Origin: an uncultured Dehalococcoidales bacterium
GTDB lineage: Bacteria; Chloroflexota; Dehalococcoidia; Dehalococcoidales; BS750m-G39
DNA length: 64,000 bases
Direction: 5' to 3'
Assembly (NCBI GenBank): GCA_964396965.1
Contig: CAYNGD010000006.1
Coordinates: 8,771-72,770, forward strand
In this document: positions 36,432 to 46,631 of the stretch, in pieces
Layout: the number at the start of each line of letters is the position of its first letter
How positions within the stretch are numbered: the stretch's first letter is position 1
The notes under the pieces: model-generated
What the model saw: only the letters and a program-made list of their open reading frames with translations
What the model was told of the DNA's origin: nothing
Database searches by the model: none
Made by a program: the position numbers and the translations under genes

Positions 36432-37943
36432 TTATTCCAGATAGTCTTTCAGGCGGCGGCTGCGGCTGGGGTGGCGCAGCTTGCGCAGGGCCTTGGCCTC
36501 AATCTGGCGTATCCTCTCCCGGGTGACGTTGAACTCCTTGCCTACTTCCTCTAGAGTGCGGCTCCTGCCGTCCTCAAGGCCGAAGCGTAGCTGGAGCACC
36601 CTCTGTTCGCGGGGGCTGAGGCTGGAGAGAACCGAGTCTATCTGCTCTTTGAGAAGCTGCCGGGAGGCGGCATCGGCGGGGGGCAGGGCGTTGCGGTCCT
36701 CGATAAAGTCCCCCAGGTGGCTGTCCTCCTCCTCGCCCATGGGCGATTCCAGAGAAACCGGCAGCTGTGAGACCTTGACTATCTCCCCCACTTTTTCCGG
36801 AGGCATCTCCATCTCCTTGCCGATTTCCTTGGCGGTAGGCTCCCGGCCGTACTCCTGGGCCAGACGGCGGCTCACCCGCAGCAGCTTGTTGATGGTCTCC
36901 ACCATATGCACCGGGATGCGGATGGTCCGCGCCTGGTCGGCGATGGAGCGGGTGATGGCCTGGCGGATCCACCAGGTGGCGTAGGTGCTGAACTTATAGC
37001 CCTTGCGGTAGTCGAATTTTTCCACCGCCCGGATGAGGCCGATGTTGCCCTCTTGGATGAGGTCGAGCAGGGACATACCCCGCCCGATATGCTTCTTGGC
37101 CACGCTGACCACCAGGCGCAGGTTGGCCTCGATGAGGTGGCTTTCTGCCCTCTCCGCATCGAGCTCGATATTGTGCAGGTAAGCCTGGAGCTGTGTCTCG
37201 TAGGCCTGAATGTCGCTGACGAAGCCGGGGTCGTTGACTAGGTTCTCTATGCCCGCCGCCGAGACCTTCTCCCCGATGGCATCGAGTATCTCCTGCGGCA
37301 GCAGGTTGATATTGAGCGAAAGCTCGGTGAGAAAGAGCTCGGTCTCGGTGATTGATTTCTGGGAGTGGTGGGCCATCGCCAGGATGAGGTTGGGGCTTAT
37401 TTCGCTGTCAATGCTTTCCCGCAGTTTATTGTTATAGATTTTCTCCAGGAAGCTGGCCTCAGTTGGCAGCTCCAGGTGCTGGTGGATTAGGTTGATGATT
37501 GGGGCGGCCTGGGCCAGCTCGTGGAGTATGGCCAGTATTATCTCGGTGGCGGTCGGCTCTGAGCCGTATTTTTCCCGGTAGTCCTGTTTGACCTGTTTTA
37601 TGCGCCGCCCCTCCTCCATCTTTCGGGCCAGCTCCTTTTCCTCTTCGGCGGTGAGCAGGGAGACCCGCCCGATTTCGTGGAGGTACATCCGCACCGGGTC
37701 ATCGACCACCTCCGGCTCCCCCATCTGTTCCAGCGGTAACTCCAGCTCCAGGTCTGACGACTCGGGCTTTTCAATCTCGAGGTGCCTTATCTCGCGCCAG
37801 GGGGCGTCTTCGTTGCCGTTATCTCCGTTTTCCTCGTCCTCGGATTCGGCGAAGGAGCTCAATTCGGCTGGCTCTTCGACATCTGCGTCCAGCCGCTCGT
37901 CTTCGGTCTTTTCTTCCTCGTCCCTGTCATCTTTTTTGGCCAT
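36432..37943 (-). CDS. rpoD: RNA polymerase sigma factor RpoD (sigma-70)
   Basis: 503 aa with regions 1.2-4.2 recognisable ([56 protein letters not shown]). Acidic N-terminus. Confidence 0.95.
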   Translation of the reverse strand: MAKKDDRDEEEKTEDERLDADVEEPAELSSFAESEDEENGDNGNEDAPWREIRHLEIEKPESSDLELELPLEQMGEPEVVDDPVRMYLHEIGRVSLLTAEEEKELARKMEEGRRIKQVKQDYREKYGSEPTATEIILAILHELAQAAPIINLIHQHLELPTEASFLEKIYNNKLRESIDSEISPNLILAMAHHSQKSITETELFLTELSLNINLLPQEILDAIGEKVSAAGIENLVNDPGFVSDIQAYETQLQAYLHNIELDAERAESHLIEANLRLVVSVAKKHIGRGMSLLDLIQEGNIGLIRAVEKFDYRKGYKFSTYATWWIRQAITRSIADQARTIRIPVHMVETINKLLRVSRRLAQEYGREPTAKEIGKEMEMPPEKVGEIVKVSQLPVSLESPMGEEEDSHLGDFIEDRNALPPADAASRQLLKEQIDSVLSSLSPREQRVLQLRFGLEDGRSRTLEEVGKEFNVTRERIRQIEAKALRKLRHPSRSRRLKDYLE

Positions 37944-39714
37944 TGTCTCTTCCTCTTTGTGCTGACCGCCGCTGGCTTTTCTGGGCCAGGACCTCGCCCA
38001 GCTGGCTGTTGACCTCGGTCCCCAGTTCCCTCAGCTTGGCCAGCTCGGCGGTAGTACCTCCTGACTGGGCCTCCAGGGCTAACACCGCTTCCTGTTTGTT
38101 TTTCAAGTTCCGCAGGAACTTTTCCCTTAAGTCCAGGGCGCACTGGGCGTATTTCTGCTCTAGATTGTTGCTCAGGAGCTGTCTGGTGAGCAGGGAGTCA
38201 AGGTGCTCGTGGATGGCCGGCTCTAGCCTGTCTTTTATCTCTTCTATTTTATCACTCTGCCGCCAGGCGATAAAGATTTCCCGGTTTTCGCTGTTTTCAA
38301 AATACTCTGGCTTCAGCCCTTCCTCCCGGCGCTTTAGCACCGGGTGCTGGAGTAGTAATGCCAGGCAGTACTCCTCTTTGGGGCTGGACAGGGTCGGGCG
38401 CACCGGTGCCGCCTCCGGCGCTCTGGCCTGGCCTCTGACCTGACTGGACTTGAGCCTGACCAGATCGGCTTCCAGCTCCCTTTCGGTTACCCTGAGCAGG
38501 CCGGCCAGCTTTTGTAAATAGTGGGCCTTGCGCACGTTGTCCCTTATCTCGGCGATGATGGGCAGCAGCCTGTCCCGGGCGGAGGTCTTGCCCCTGGCGG
38601 TGTTTAGGTCAAGCCCGGCGGTGGCCATATTAAAGGTGTAGTCAACGATGGGCACCGCCTTTTCCACCAGCCCCTGCCAGTTCTTCTTGTCCTTTTTGAT
38701 AACGTCGTCGGGGTCTTGGCCCTCCGGCATGATGGTGACCCTGACCTCGGCATCGAGGGTGTTCTCGTAGCCCACCGCCCTCAGGGTGGCCTCCTCGCCG
38801 GCGGCGTCGGCGTCCAGGGCCAGAATCAGGTTGCGGGTGAGCCTCTTTAATATATTGACCTGCCTTTCGGTGACCGCCGTGCCCATCGAGGCGACCACGT
38901 TGCTGAAGCCGTTCTGGTGGGCGGTGATGACGTCCATGTAGCCCTCGACGATGATGGCCGCATCCTTCTCCCTGATGGCATCCCTGGCCAGGTTGATCCC
39001 GTAGAGGGTGCCGCTCTTATCGAAGAGGGGGGTCTGTGGTGAGTTGATGTATTTGGGCAGCGAGTCATCCAGCACCCGCCCGCCGAAGCCGGTGACGCGC
39101 CCCCGCACGTCAAAGATGGGGAACATCAGCTTGTTGCGGAAGCGGTCGTGGGATTGTTTGCCTTCGGCCTCTATTATCAGGCCGGCGCTGAGCATCTCCT
39201 TTTCGGTATAGTCTCTCTCTAAAAGGTATTTTTTGAGAGCATCCCAGCTGTTGGCGCTGTAGCCCAGCTGGAACGCTTTTACCGTATCTTCGGTGAAGCC
39301 TCTTTTGGCGATATAGTCCTGCGCCTTCTGTCCCGCCGCTGAGTTAAGCAGCAGGTTGTGGAAGTACTGCGCCGCCGCCTGGTTTACATCGTAAAGCCGT
39401 TGCCTCTCCCCGCTCTCCGCCCCCGGCTCGAACCTTGACGGGATAACCACCCCCGCCTTCTGGGCGAGCTGCCTCAGGGCCTCGCCGAAGTCTATGTTCT
39501 GCTTTTTCATGACGAAGGAGAAGACATCGCCGCCGTTGTTGCAGCCGAAGCAGTGCCAGCTCTGCTGCTCCGGGTAGACATAGAAGGAGGGGTGCTTCTC
39601 GCCGTGGAAGGGGCAGAGGCCTTTAAAGGTTTTTCCGGCCTTGGTCAGCTTGATGTCCCGGCCAATGACCTCGACGATGTCTATCCTCTGCTTTACCTCG
39701 TCAACAGCGCCCAT
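37927..39714 (-). CDS. dnaG: DNA primase
   Basis: 595 aa with a zinc-finger [13 protein letters not shown]...CFGC, a TOPRIM domain ([16 protein letters not shown]), and 17 nt overlap with the rpoD start. Confidence 0.93.
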   Translation of the reverse strand: MGAVDEVKQRIDIVEVIGRDIKLTKAGKTFKGLCPFHGEKHPSFYVYPEQQSWHCFGCNNGGDVFSFVMKKQNIDFGEALRQLAQKAGVVIPSRFEPGAESGERQRLYDVNQAAAQYFHNLLLNSAAGQKAQDYIAKRGFTEDTVKAFQLGYSANSWDALKKYLLERDYTEKEMLSAGLIIEAEGKQSHDRFRNKLMFPIFDVRGRVTGFGGRVLDDSLPKYINSPQTPLFDKSGTLYGINLARDAIREKDAAIIVEGYMDVITAHQNGFSNVVASMGTAVTERQVNILKRLTRNLILALDADAAGEEATLRAVGYENTLDAEVRVTIMPEGQDPDDVIKKDKKNWQGLVEKAVPIVDYTFNMATAGLDLNTARGKTSARDRLLPIIAEIRDNVRKAHYLQKLAGLLRVTERELEADLVRLKSSQVRGQARAPEAAPVRPTLSSPKEEYCLALLLQHPVLKRREEGLKPEYFENSENREIFIAWRQSDKIEEIKDRLEPAIHEHLDSLLTRQLLSNNLEQKYAQCALDLREKFLRNLKNKQEAVLALEAQSGGTTAELAKLRELGTEVNSQLGEVLAQKSQRRSAQRGRDNGQKR

Positions 39715-39784
39715 ATCTATATATTATATACCATTTTTACCGTCGTTTTGCTTCTAACCCCGCCCCATTTTTAAACCAGTGTTC

Positions 39785-39925
39785 TTTTTCCCATACCCAC
39801 CCGCCCTCAGAGGTTTCACCCTTTTAGACTCTTTTTCCCCTCCGCTCGAAAGGGGCTGACCTCTTTCACTCTTGGGGGGAGTAACCCTTTCCTTATAAGG
39901 GCGGCAGGGCGGGAATAGATAAATC
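39785..39925. repeat. Intergenic repeat copy R2 (G3/C3-tract inverted termini)
   Basis: Left end TTCCCATACCCACCCGCCC plus hairpin. Right end GGGCGGCAGGGCGGGAATAGATAAATC. Lies between dgt and dnaG. Confidence 0.7.
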
Positions 39926-41055
39926 TAGCGGGGTGGGGGAAACTCGTAGTCGCCGAAGAGTGGGAGACTCCTGGCCTGGGGTGGTTTCTTGGCCTTTGGC
40001 TTTCTAATGGGCGGCGGTTGCGGCTTGGGGGTGGGGAAGATCTCCTCAACCATTCTTATGGCGTACTGGTCGGTCATTCCGGCGATGTAGTCCACCACCC
40101 TCCGCTCCAGCTCGTCGCTGTAGAAGCGGTACTCCGCCGGCATTTTATCGGCATTCTCCTTGAAGTATTTATACAGGGTGCGGATTATCTCTCTGGCCTT
40201 CTCCGACTCCTCCTGGGCCGAGCGCACGTTATAGACCCGCTTGAAGAGGAAGTCGCGCAGGGCATCGGTCGCTGCCAGGACCTCCGGGCTCATGGTTATG
40301 GAAGGCCTTTCCCTGGTGTCCGTCATCGAGGGATAGCAGCGTTCGATGATGTCACAGACCATGGTGTTGATGCGCAGGGAGCGGGTGTTGCCCAGGACGG
40401 TGATGGCGGCCAGGGGCAGCTCGCCCTCGGAGAGCATGCCCGCCCTGATGGCATCGTCAATATCGTGGTTGATGTAGGCGATTGAGTCCGAAATCCTGAC
40501 CACCTCGCCCTCCAGTGTTCCGGCCTCCCCGCCCCTGATGCTCTCCCTCTCCTTGGAGTGGTGTAAAATGCCGTCCCTCACCTCCCAGGTGAGGTTGAGC
40601 CCATGGCCGTCGTTCTCCAGCAGGTCCACCACCCGCAGGCTCTGCTCGTTGTGCTTAAAGCCCTTGCGGTAGAGTTCGTTTAAGACATCCTCGCCGACAT
40701 GGCCGAAGGGGGTGTGCCCCAGGTCGTGCCCCAGGGCGATGGCCTCGGTCAGGTCTTCGTTCAGATTAAGCGCCCTTGAGATGGTGCGGGCTATCTGGGA
40801 AACCTCCAGGGTGTGGGTAAGCCGGGTGACGTAGTGGTCGCCCAGGGGGGCGATAAAGACCTGCGTCTTGTGCTTTAAGCGGCGGAAGGCCTTGCTGTGG
40901 ATGATGCGGTCACGGTCGCGCTGGAAGGCGGTGCGCACCGGGCAGGGCTCCTCTGGTCTGGCTCTACCCCGGGAGTACCTGCTCTTGGCGGCGTGCGGGG
41001 AGAGGCTTTCTTCCCTTTCTTCGGCGAGCTGTCGGATATTAAGCCGGCCAATCAT
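39925..41055 (-). CDS. dgt: dGTPase-like HD-domain triphosphohydrolase
   Basis: Shows FQRDRDRIIHSKAFRRLKHKTQVF and HDLGHTPFGH motifs. ATG 41055 overlaps the ppsA stop (ATGA), so it is preferred over the longer track ORF. Has a Pro/Lys-rich C-terminal tail. Confidence 0.85.
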   Translation of the reverse strand: MIGRLNIRQLAEEREESLSPHAAKSRYSRGRARPEEPCPVRTAFQRDRDRIIHSKAFRRLKHKTQVFIAPLGDHYVTRLTHTLEVSQIARTISRALNLNEDLTEAIALGHDLGHTPFGHVGEDVLNELYRKGFKHNEQSLRVVDLLENDGHGLNLTWEVRDGILHHSKERESIRGGEAGTLEGEVVRISDSIAYINHDIDDAIRAGMLSEGELPLAAITVLGNTRSLRINTMVCDIIERCYPSMTDTRERPSITMSPEVLAATDALRDFLFKRVYNVRSAQEESEKAREIIRTLYKYFKENADKMPAEYRFYSDELERRVVDYIAGMTDQYAIRMVEEIFPTPKPQPPPIRKPKAKKPPQARSLPLFGDYEFPPPR

Positions 41056-43310
41056 TTTTCTTTTAGCTTGGCTTCTGCCTTGGCGATTATCTCTCTGGTG
41101 GTGCCAATCATATCCGGGCTTATCGAGACCGAGGTGATGCCCCACTTTACCAGCTTTTCGGTGAGCTCGGGATATACCGAGGGCGCCTGCCCGCAGATAG
41201 ACGAGGTGACCCCCATCTTCCTGGTTATCTTGACCACCCTCTCCAGGGCGACCATCACCGCTTCGTCACGCTCATCGAAGGTCCCGGCCAGCTTTTCGCT
41301 GTCCCGGTCAATGCCCAGGATAAGCTGGGTCAGGTCATTGGAGCCGATGGAGATACCGTCGATGCCTACCTCTAAAAACTTCTCCAGAATCAAAACGTTG
41401 GAGGGCACCTCGACCATCATCCACAGCTTGAAGTCCTCGGAGCGCACCAGCCCCTCGGCCTCCATTATTTTCTTGGTCCCGATAAGCTCGTTGACCGTCC
41501 TGACGAAGGGAATCATCACCCAAAGGTTCTTGTGCTCTTTTCTGACCCTCTTGATGGCCTCCAGCTCCAGTTTGAACACCTCGATGTCGGTGATATAGCG
41601 CGAGGCCCCCCGGTAGCCAATCATGGGGTTTTCCTCTACCGGCTCGTAGTCCTGGCCGCCGGTGAGCTCCCGGTATTCGTTGGTCTTGAAATCGTTGGTG
41701 CGATAGACCACGGGGCGGGGGTCGAAGGCCTGGGCGAAGAGGTTGATGCCGTGGTAGAGCTTTTCCACGAATTCCTCTTCACGATGGTGCTTGATCATGT
41801 ACTGGGGGTGTTCACCAATCTGGGCCACGATGAACTCGGCCCTGAGAAGGCCCACCCCGTCCACGTTGTGGGCGGCTACCTTTTCCGCCAGCTCGGGCTG
41901 GGCCAGGTTTACGTAAACCCTGGTCTTGGTCCTGACCGCTTCCCGGAGCATATCGGATACGGCGGTGGTCTTTATCCTCCTTGTCACCTTGCCTTCGTAG
42001 ACCTTGCCGTGCGAACCGTCCACGGTGACTACCTGCCCGTTATTAAGGGTGGTGGTGGCGCGCTCGGTGCCGACCACGCAGGGGATGCCCAGCTCCCGGC
42101 TGACGATGGCGGCGTGGGCGGTCCGGCCGCCCCGGTCGGTGACGATGGCCACCGCCCGCTTCATCGCCGGGACGAAATCCGGGGTGGTCATCTCCGCCAC
42201 CAGTATATCGCCATCGTGCACCTTGTCTATCTGGGAGATATCTTTCATTATCTTGGCCGGGCCGGAGGCAATGCCCGGGCTGGCCTTATCGCCGGTGAGC
42301 AGTACCGGGGCTTTAATCTCCTCCTCTTCTTCGGTGGGCTTCTTGATGGTGGTTACCGGCCGGGTCTGGACGATATAGATTTTGTCGTCTTCCTTGGCCC
42401 ACTCGATGTCCTGGGGGAACTTGTACCACGCCTCGAGCTTTTTGCCCAGCTTGGCTATCTGGACTATTTCCTCATCGGTTACTTTTTGTTTCCCCTGCTC
42501 CGCCTCTGGGATTTCCTGCCAGATATTGGTCTCTTCGCTGGTAGCTTTGGGGTTCCTGACCAGCCGCTGCTCCTGCCGGGCCAGCTTCTTGCTGACTATC
42601 TTGGCCTCTTTTTTATCGACGATGTAAAGGTCAGGGGTTACCTCCCCGGAGACGATAGCCTCGCCCAGGCCGTAGACCGCCTCGATGATGATGTGTTCGG
42701 GGTCGCTGGTGACCGGCTCTATGGTGAACATCACCCCGGAGGCCCGGGACTGGACCATTTTTTCCACCGGCACGGCGATGCCCACCTTGAAGTGGTCGAA
42801 GCCCTGCTGGTGGCGGTAGAAGATGGCCCTCGGTTCAAAGAGAGAGGCCCAGCAGCCCAGGACGGCGGCGATCACCTCCCTCTTCCCCTCAATGTTGAGG
42901 AAGGTGCGCTGCTGGCCGGCGAAAGAGGCCTCGGGCAAATCTTCGGCGGTGGCCGAGGAGCGCACCGCCACCAGCCCGCCGCCCATCTCGGTGTAGGCCT
43001 GGCTGATTGCCCGGGCTGTTCCCGCGGGCATGGGGGTGTCGCTGATTAGCTGTTTGATCTGGCCGGCAATCTGGTGGAGCTGGTTGCTGTTGTCCGGGTT
43101 TAGCGACTTCAGCAGCCTGCCGATTTTGTCGTTGAGGCCTGTTTTGTCCAGAAAGTCAAAATAGGCTTCGGCGGTGACGATAAATCCGGGCGGGACCGGT
43201 ATCTTGGCCCTGGTCATCTCGCCGAGGTTGGCTCCCTTGCCGCCGGCGGTGGCTACATCATTTTTGGTAACCTCGTTGAACCAGACAACAAGCTTCAGGG
43301 CTGGGCTCAT
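41052..43310 (-). CDS. ppsA: Phosphoenolpyruvate synthase (pyruvate, water dikinase)
   Basis: 752 aa with an N-terminal ATP-grasp (GGKGANLGEM), a phospho-His domain (TDRGGRTAHAAIVSRELGIPCVVG), and a C-terminal PEP-utilising TIM barrel (GSNDLTQ). Confidence 0.9.
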   Translation of the reverse strand: MSPALKLVVWFNEVTKNDVATAGGKGANLGEMTRAKIPVPPGFIVTAEAYFDFLDKTGLNDKIGRLLKSLNPDNSNQLHQIAGQIKQLISDTPMPAGTARAISQAYTEMGGGLVAVRSSATAEDLPEASFAGQQRTFLNIEGKREVIAAVLGCWASLFEPRAIFYRHQQGFDHFKVGIAVPVEKMVQSRASGVMFTIEPVTSDPEHIIIEAVYGLGEAIVSGEVTPDLYIVDKKEAKIVSKKLARQEQRLVRNPKATSEETNIWQEIPEAEQGKQKVTDEEIVQIAKLGKKLEAWYKFPQDIEWAKEDDKIYIVQTRPVTTIKKPTEEEEEIKAPVLLTGDKASPGIASGPAKIMKDISQIDKVHDGDILVAEMTTPDFVPAMKRAVAIVTDRGGRTAHAAIVSRELGIPCVVGTERATTTLNNGQVVTVDGSHGKVYEGKVTRRIKTTAVSDMLREAVRTKTRVYVNLAQPELAEKVAAHNVDGVGLLRAEFIVAQIGEHPQYMIKHHREEEFVEKLYHGINLFAQAFDPRPVVYRTNDFKTNEYRELTGGQDYEPVEENPMIGYRGASRYITDIEVFKLELEAIKRVRKEHKNLWVMIPFVRTVNELIGTKKIMEAEGLVRSEDFKLWMMVEVPSNVLILEKFLEVGIDGISIGSNDLTQLILGIDRDSEKLAGTFDERDEAVMVALERVVKITRKMGVTSSICGQAPSVYPELTEKLVKWGITSVSISPDMIGTTREIIAKAEAKLKEK

Positions 43311-43450
43311 GCTGCTCCTCCTTGTAGTTGTCTTTTAACCGGTGCCGGGGATAAGAACGGGGTCTTTTAATGTCTTGAATTAAGGACTAAAGGGCTTCTC
43401 CTTTGCCTTGATGGTTTAATTATAACATTTAAATACCGCCAAGCAAAAGC

Positions 43451-43607
43451 GGGGGATTCCCCGGTTTTTAAAGTACGTTTTGTTTCCCACTCTCCCACCC
43501 TTCGGAGGCATGGCCTCCAAATCCTTATTCTTGGGGTGGGGGAAAGGGCTTTAGCCCTTTTATATTAAGGGCGGCAGGTGGGAAAAGATATAAAAAGGGG
43601 TGGGGTA
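43451..43607. repeat. Intergenic repeat copy R3
   Basis: Left 50 nt are nearly identical to R6 (CCGGTTTTTAAAGTACGT..TTTCCCAC.CTCCCACCC). Right end reads GGGCGGCAGGTGGGAAAAGATATAAAAAGGGGTGGGG. Confidence 0.75.
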
Positions 43608-43669
43608 AGGAGATTGTAAATAGGCAAAAAACGACGTTTGAAAAGCGAGGGAGGGTGACCTTTTCTTTA

Positions 43670-43698
43670 TTGACAGTGGGGGTGTTGTGGAGTAAAAT
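43670..43698 (+). promoter_or_regulatory. Sigma-70-type promoter for the nuclease gene
   Basis: TTGACA, a 17 nt spacer, then TAAAAT. Confidence 0.55.
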
Positions 43699-43733
43699 TT
43701 ATTTTGCTGGTGTGAAGCAGAGGAGGTAGTTCC

Positions 43734-44282
43734 ATGATAGAGATGACGATTGATAGTATCCGGGTTAGCCTGATGAACTACCAGCGGGTGGTCATTCTGA
43801 AGGAGAAGGACGCCGACCGTTACCTGCCCATCTGGATTGGCCCCGCCGAAGCCGACGCCATCGCCGTAAAGCTCCAGGACGTCACCGTGCCCAGGCCGCT
43901 CACCCACGACCTGCTGCGCTCGGTCATTGACTCTCTGGGGGCTACCATCAACTCAATAATCGTCAGCGAGCTTAAGAACGACACCTTCTACGCCAAGATT
44001 ATCCTCAATGTGGACGGGGGGCAGATGGAGGTTGACTCCCGCCCCAGTGACGCCCTGGCCCTGGCGGTGAGGGCGGGGGTGCCTATCTATGCCGAGGAAA
44101 CGGTCCTGGACCGGGCTGGCATTCTGCTGGACAAGGAGACGGGCAAGCCTATTCCCCAGTCCGGTGAGGGTGAGGCGGGTGGCATTATGGAGGTGAGCGA
44201 GGAAGAGCTGGGCCGGATGTCCGCCTTCCGGGACTTCATCGATACTCTTGACCTGGACGACTTCGACAAGCGCAAGTCTTAA
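43734..44282 (+). CDS. Bifunctional nuclease (BFN/DUF151) domain protein
   Basis: 182 aa with VVILKEKDADRYLPIWIG..EADAI...RPLTHDL...SRPSDALALA, typical of DUF151. Confidence 0.8.
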   Translation: MIEMTIDSIRVSLMNYQRVVILKEKDADRYLPIWIGPAEADAIAVKLQDVTVPRPLTHDLLRSVIDSLGATINSIIVSELKNDTFYAKIILNVDGGQMEVDSRPSDALALAVRAGVPIYAEETVLDRAGILLDKETGKPIPQSGEGEAGGIMEVSEEELGRMSAFRDFIDTLDLDDFDKRKS

Positions 44283-44348
44283 AAGCAACTTAAGAAATAA
44301 AAGGGGCTCCGGGCGAAAGTTCTGGGGCTTTTTCTTAGCCGGCAGAGG

Positions 44349-44377
44349 TTGACCGGCCGAGGCAGATTTGGTATGCT
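44349..44377 (+). promoter_or_regulatory. Sigma-70-type promoter of the atp operon
   Basis: TTGACC, a 17 nt spacer, then TATGCT, ending 9 nt before the first ATG. Confidence 0.5.
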
Positions 44378-44386
44378 GGTCACGGC

Positions 44387-44611
44387 ATGGGCAGATGGGC
44401 AGTGGCCTTTAGGTTCATTGGGGTGGGGTGGTTTGTGGCTATATCAATCCTGTTGGGAGTGTGGGGTGGTCTCTGGCTGGATGATAAACTCGGTAGTGCG
44501 CCTGTTATGCTAATAGTGGGCTTATTTTTGGGTCTGACGGTTGCTTTTTACGGTGTTTATCGTATGCTGTTACCCCTCATGCGCAACAAGCGGGACAAGG
44601 AGGACGGTTAG
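44387..44611 (+). CDS. atpZ: AtpZ/AtpI-like small membrane protein
   Basis: 74 aa with two TM helices. First gene of the atp operon. Its stop overlaps the atpB GTG. Confidence 0.65.
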   Translation: MGRWAVAFRFIGVGWFVAISILLGVWGGLWLDDKLGSAPVMLIVGLFLGLTVAFYGVYRMLLPLMRNKRDKEDG

Positions 44612-45621
44612 TGCCTGAGCAGGACGAGACAGGACAGGGAGCAGCGCCCAAAAAGGGCTGTCTGGGTTGCTCCTTCCCCCTTTTGATCGGTCTGTCGCTT
44701 GTTTTGCTGGCTCTCTTTCTCATTGGTCTTGCTGCTGGCCCGGTGGGTAAAGGGTTGCTCGGTGTGTTTGGTGTCAGCTTGAATTTCCCCAGCTGGCTTA
44801 TTGTTCCCCAGCCGGAGCTTAGACTGCCCGCCGAGACCGTCTTTCACATCTTCGGCTTCCCCATAACCAACAGCGTTATCGCTGCCTGGATTACCATCGT
44901 CTTTCTGGTGGGGTTTTCCTATGCCATTACCCGCCGCCTGAAGCTGGTCCCGGGCCGGCTTCAGGCTATTTTTGAGTTCCTGGTGGGCTGGCTCCATGAC
45001 CTCTGCACCGGCGTTGTTGGCGAGGAGTACGGGCGCCGTTTCTTCCCGGTGGTGGCCACCATCTTTCTCTTCGTCGCCTTTAACGCCTGGCTGGGGCTGC
45101 TGATTCCGGGCTTCGGCTCGATAACTATCCATACCGCCGAAGGGCAGGTGCACCTGCTCCGGGAGGCCAACACCGATATCAATATGCCGCTGGCGCTGGC
45201 GTTGACTTCTTTTGCCTTTTTCTGGTACTTTGGCTTCAAGGCGCTGGGCGTCCGCTTTACCAAGGATTTTGTTAATTTCGATGAGTTGAGTAAGGGATTC
45301 CGCCAGCTTTTCAAGGGCAAGCTTGTGGACGGTCTGATGGGGGTTGTCACTGGGTTTATGACCCTCTTTGCCGGAGCGCTGGAGTTTTTAAGCGTGTGTA
45401 TCCGCGTTCTCAGCCTGACCTTCCGTCTCTTCGGCAACATGACCGCCGGTGAAATACTGGTCTTTGTCATGCTTTTCCTTATCAGTATGCTGTCTTTCCT
45501 TGTCCTGCCGCTCTACGGGCTGGAGCTGCTTATCGGCTTCATACAGGCCATTATCTTCGGTGGCCTGACCCTTATCTACCTTACCACGGCGGTGCAGCCT
45601 CATGAGGAAGAGGCGCACTGA
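44611..45621 (+). CDS. atpB: F-type ATP synthase subunit a (with N-terminal extension)
   Basis: 336 aa with the conserved Arg region LSLTFRLFGNMTAGE. Start codon is uncertain. Confidence 0.9.
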   Translation: MPEQDETGQGAAPKKGCLGCSFPLLIGLSLVLLALFLIGLAAGPVGKGLLGVFGVSLNFPSWLIVPQPELRLPAETVFHIFGFPITNSVIAAWITIVFLVGFSYAITRRLKLVPGRLQAIFEFLVGWLHDLCTGVVGEEYGRRFFPVVATIFLFVAFNAWLGLLIPGFGSITIHTAEGQVHLLREANTDINMPLALALTSFAFFWYFGFKALGVRFTKDFVNFDELSKGFRQLFKGKLVDGLMGVVTGFMTLFAGALEFLSVCIRVLSLTFRLFGNMTAGEILVFVMLFLISMLSFLVLPLYGLELLIGFIQAIIFGGLTLIYLTTAVQPHEEEAH

Positions 45622-45660
45622 AATAATGCTTATAAACTAAACTAGTGAAGGAGGTTCGGT

Positions 45661-45891
45661 ATGGATCCTGCAACAATGAAGATGCTGGCGATAGGGCTGG
45701 GGGTTGGTCTGGGGATGCTGGGGCCGGGGCTGGCCCTGGGGCTTATCGGCTATTCCGCTCTGCAGGGGATAGCCCGTAACCCCGAGGCGAGGGGGCCGAT
45801 TCTGACCAACATGATTCTGGTGGCCGGCCTGGCCGAGGCTGTCGGCATTTACGTCCTGATTGTGGCTATTCTTCTGGTATTCGTGGCTTAA
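45661..45891 (+). CDS. atpE: F-type ATP synthase subunit c
   Basis: 76 aa hairpin with an ARNPEA loop and carboxylate in GLAEAVGIY. Confidence 0.92.
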   Translation: MDPATMKMLAIGLGVGLGMLGPGLALGLIGYSALQGIARNPEARGPILTNMILVAGLAEAVGIYVLIVAILLVFVA

Positions 45892-45904
45892 CTAGGAGGA
45901 AACG

Positions 45905-46015
45905 ATGGAACAGGATGGACTACCTTCTTTTGCCGGTATGATAATCGCCGCAGCCATAGTGGGGGTGCTGGTTATAGCCGGCATCGTGCTGCTGGCGGTG
46001 TTTACCCTTTTATAA
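45905..46015 (+). CDS. 36 aa single-TM micro-protein between atpE and atpF (hypothetical)
   Basis: Below the ORF-track threshold. AGGAGGA RBS 5 nt upstream of the ATG. Translation is MEQDGLPSFAGMIIAAAIVGVLVIAGIVLLAVFTLL. Confidence 0.4.
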   Translation: MEQDGLPSFAGMIIAAAIVGVLVIAGIVLLAVFTLL

Positions 46016-46092
46016 TGGCCCGCCGCTTTAAAGAGAGCTTGCCTTTGGCTTGTTCTTTTAGCGGGCAGCCGTCTATTTGAGCGGTCTAGGGG

Positions 46093-46611
46093 GTGAAAAT
46101 GGGAAATTTGACAGGGAGTTTAGGTATAAATCCGGCGACCCTGCTGGCGCAGGTTGTCAACGTGGTCATCCTTCTCGGCCTGCTCTACCTGGTGGCCTAT
46201 AAGCCGATTATGCGCATGATGGACGAGCGCTCCAACAAGATTAAGGAGAGCATGGACAACACCGAGTACATCAGGCAGCAGGCGGAGCGCGCTGAGGAGG
46301 AGGCGGCTAAGCGCATCGAGGTGGCGGCCAAGGAGGGGCAGGAGGCCATCGCCCGGGCGGTGCGCACCGGGGAGGAAGTGAGGCAGGAGGCGCAGCAGAA
46401 GGCCAAGAGTGAGGCCGAGGCCATGATTGCACGGGCCCGGGTCGAGATTCAGCGGGAACGGGACGAGGCTGTTGAACAGCTGCGCCGGGAGTTCGCCGAT
46501 ATAACCATCGAGGCGGCGGGCAAGGTCATTGACCGCACCTTGGACAAGAAGGCCCACCGCGATATTATCGATAAGGTTCTTAAAGAGAGCACCATACTTA
46601 GGAAGGGCTAG
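46093..46611 (+). CDS. atpF: F-type ATP synthase subunit b
   Basis: About 170 aa with an N-terminal TM helix and a long charged helix. Start is GTG 46093 or ATG 46099. Confidence 0.85.
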   Translation: MKMGNLTGSLGINPATLLAQVVNVVILLGLLYLVAYKPIMRMMDERSNKIKESMDNTEYIRQQAERAEEEAAKRIEVAAKEGQEAIARAVRTGEEVRQEAQQKAKSEAEAMIARARVEIQRERDEAVEQLRREFADITIEAAGKVIDRTLDKKAHRDIIDKVLKESTILRKG

Positions 46612-46631
46612 TCTTATTTTTAGGAGATAGC

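Noticed and set aside
43560-43907. ORFs overlapping repeat elements: 43560..43907, 48854..49057, 17414..17596 and 39816..40049.
   Set aside because: They are made of repeat-derived G/C-tract sequence, lack RBSs, and overlap better-supported promoters or genes.
45661-45891. Na+-translocating type of ATP synthase c subunit.
   Set aside because: The ion-binding helix reads GLAEAVGIY. It lacks the E-S/T-T signature of Na+-binding c subunits, so a proton-type subunit is the simpler reading.
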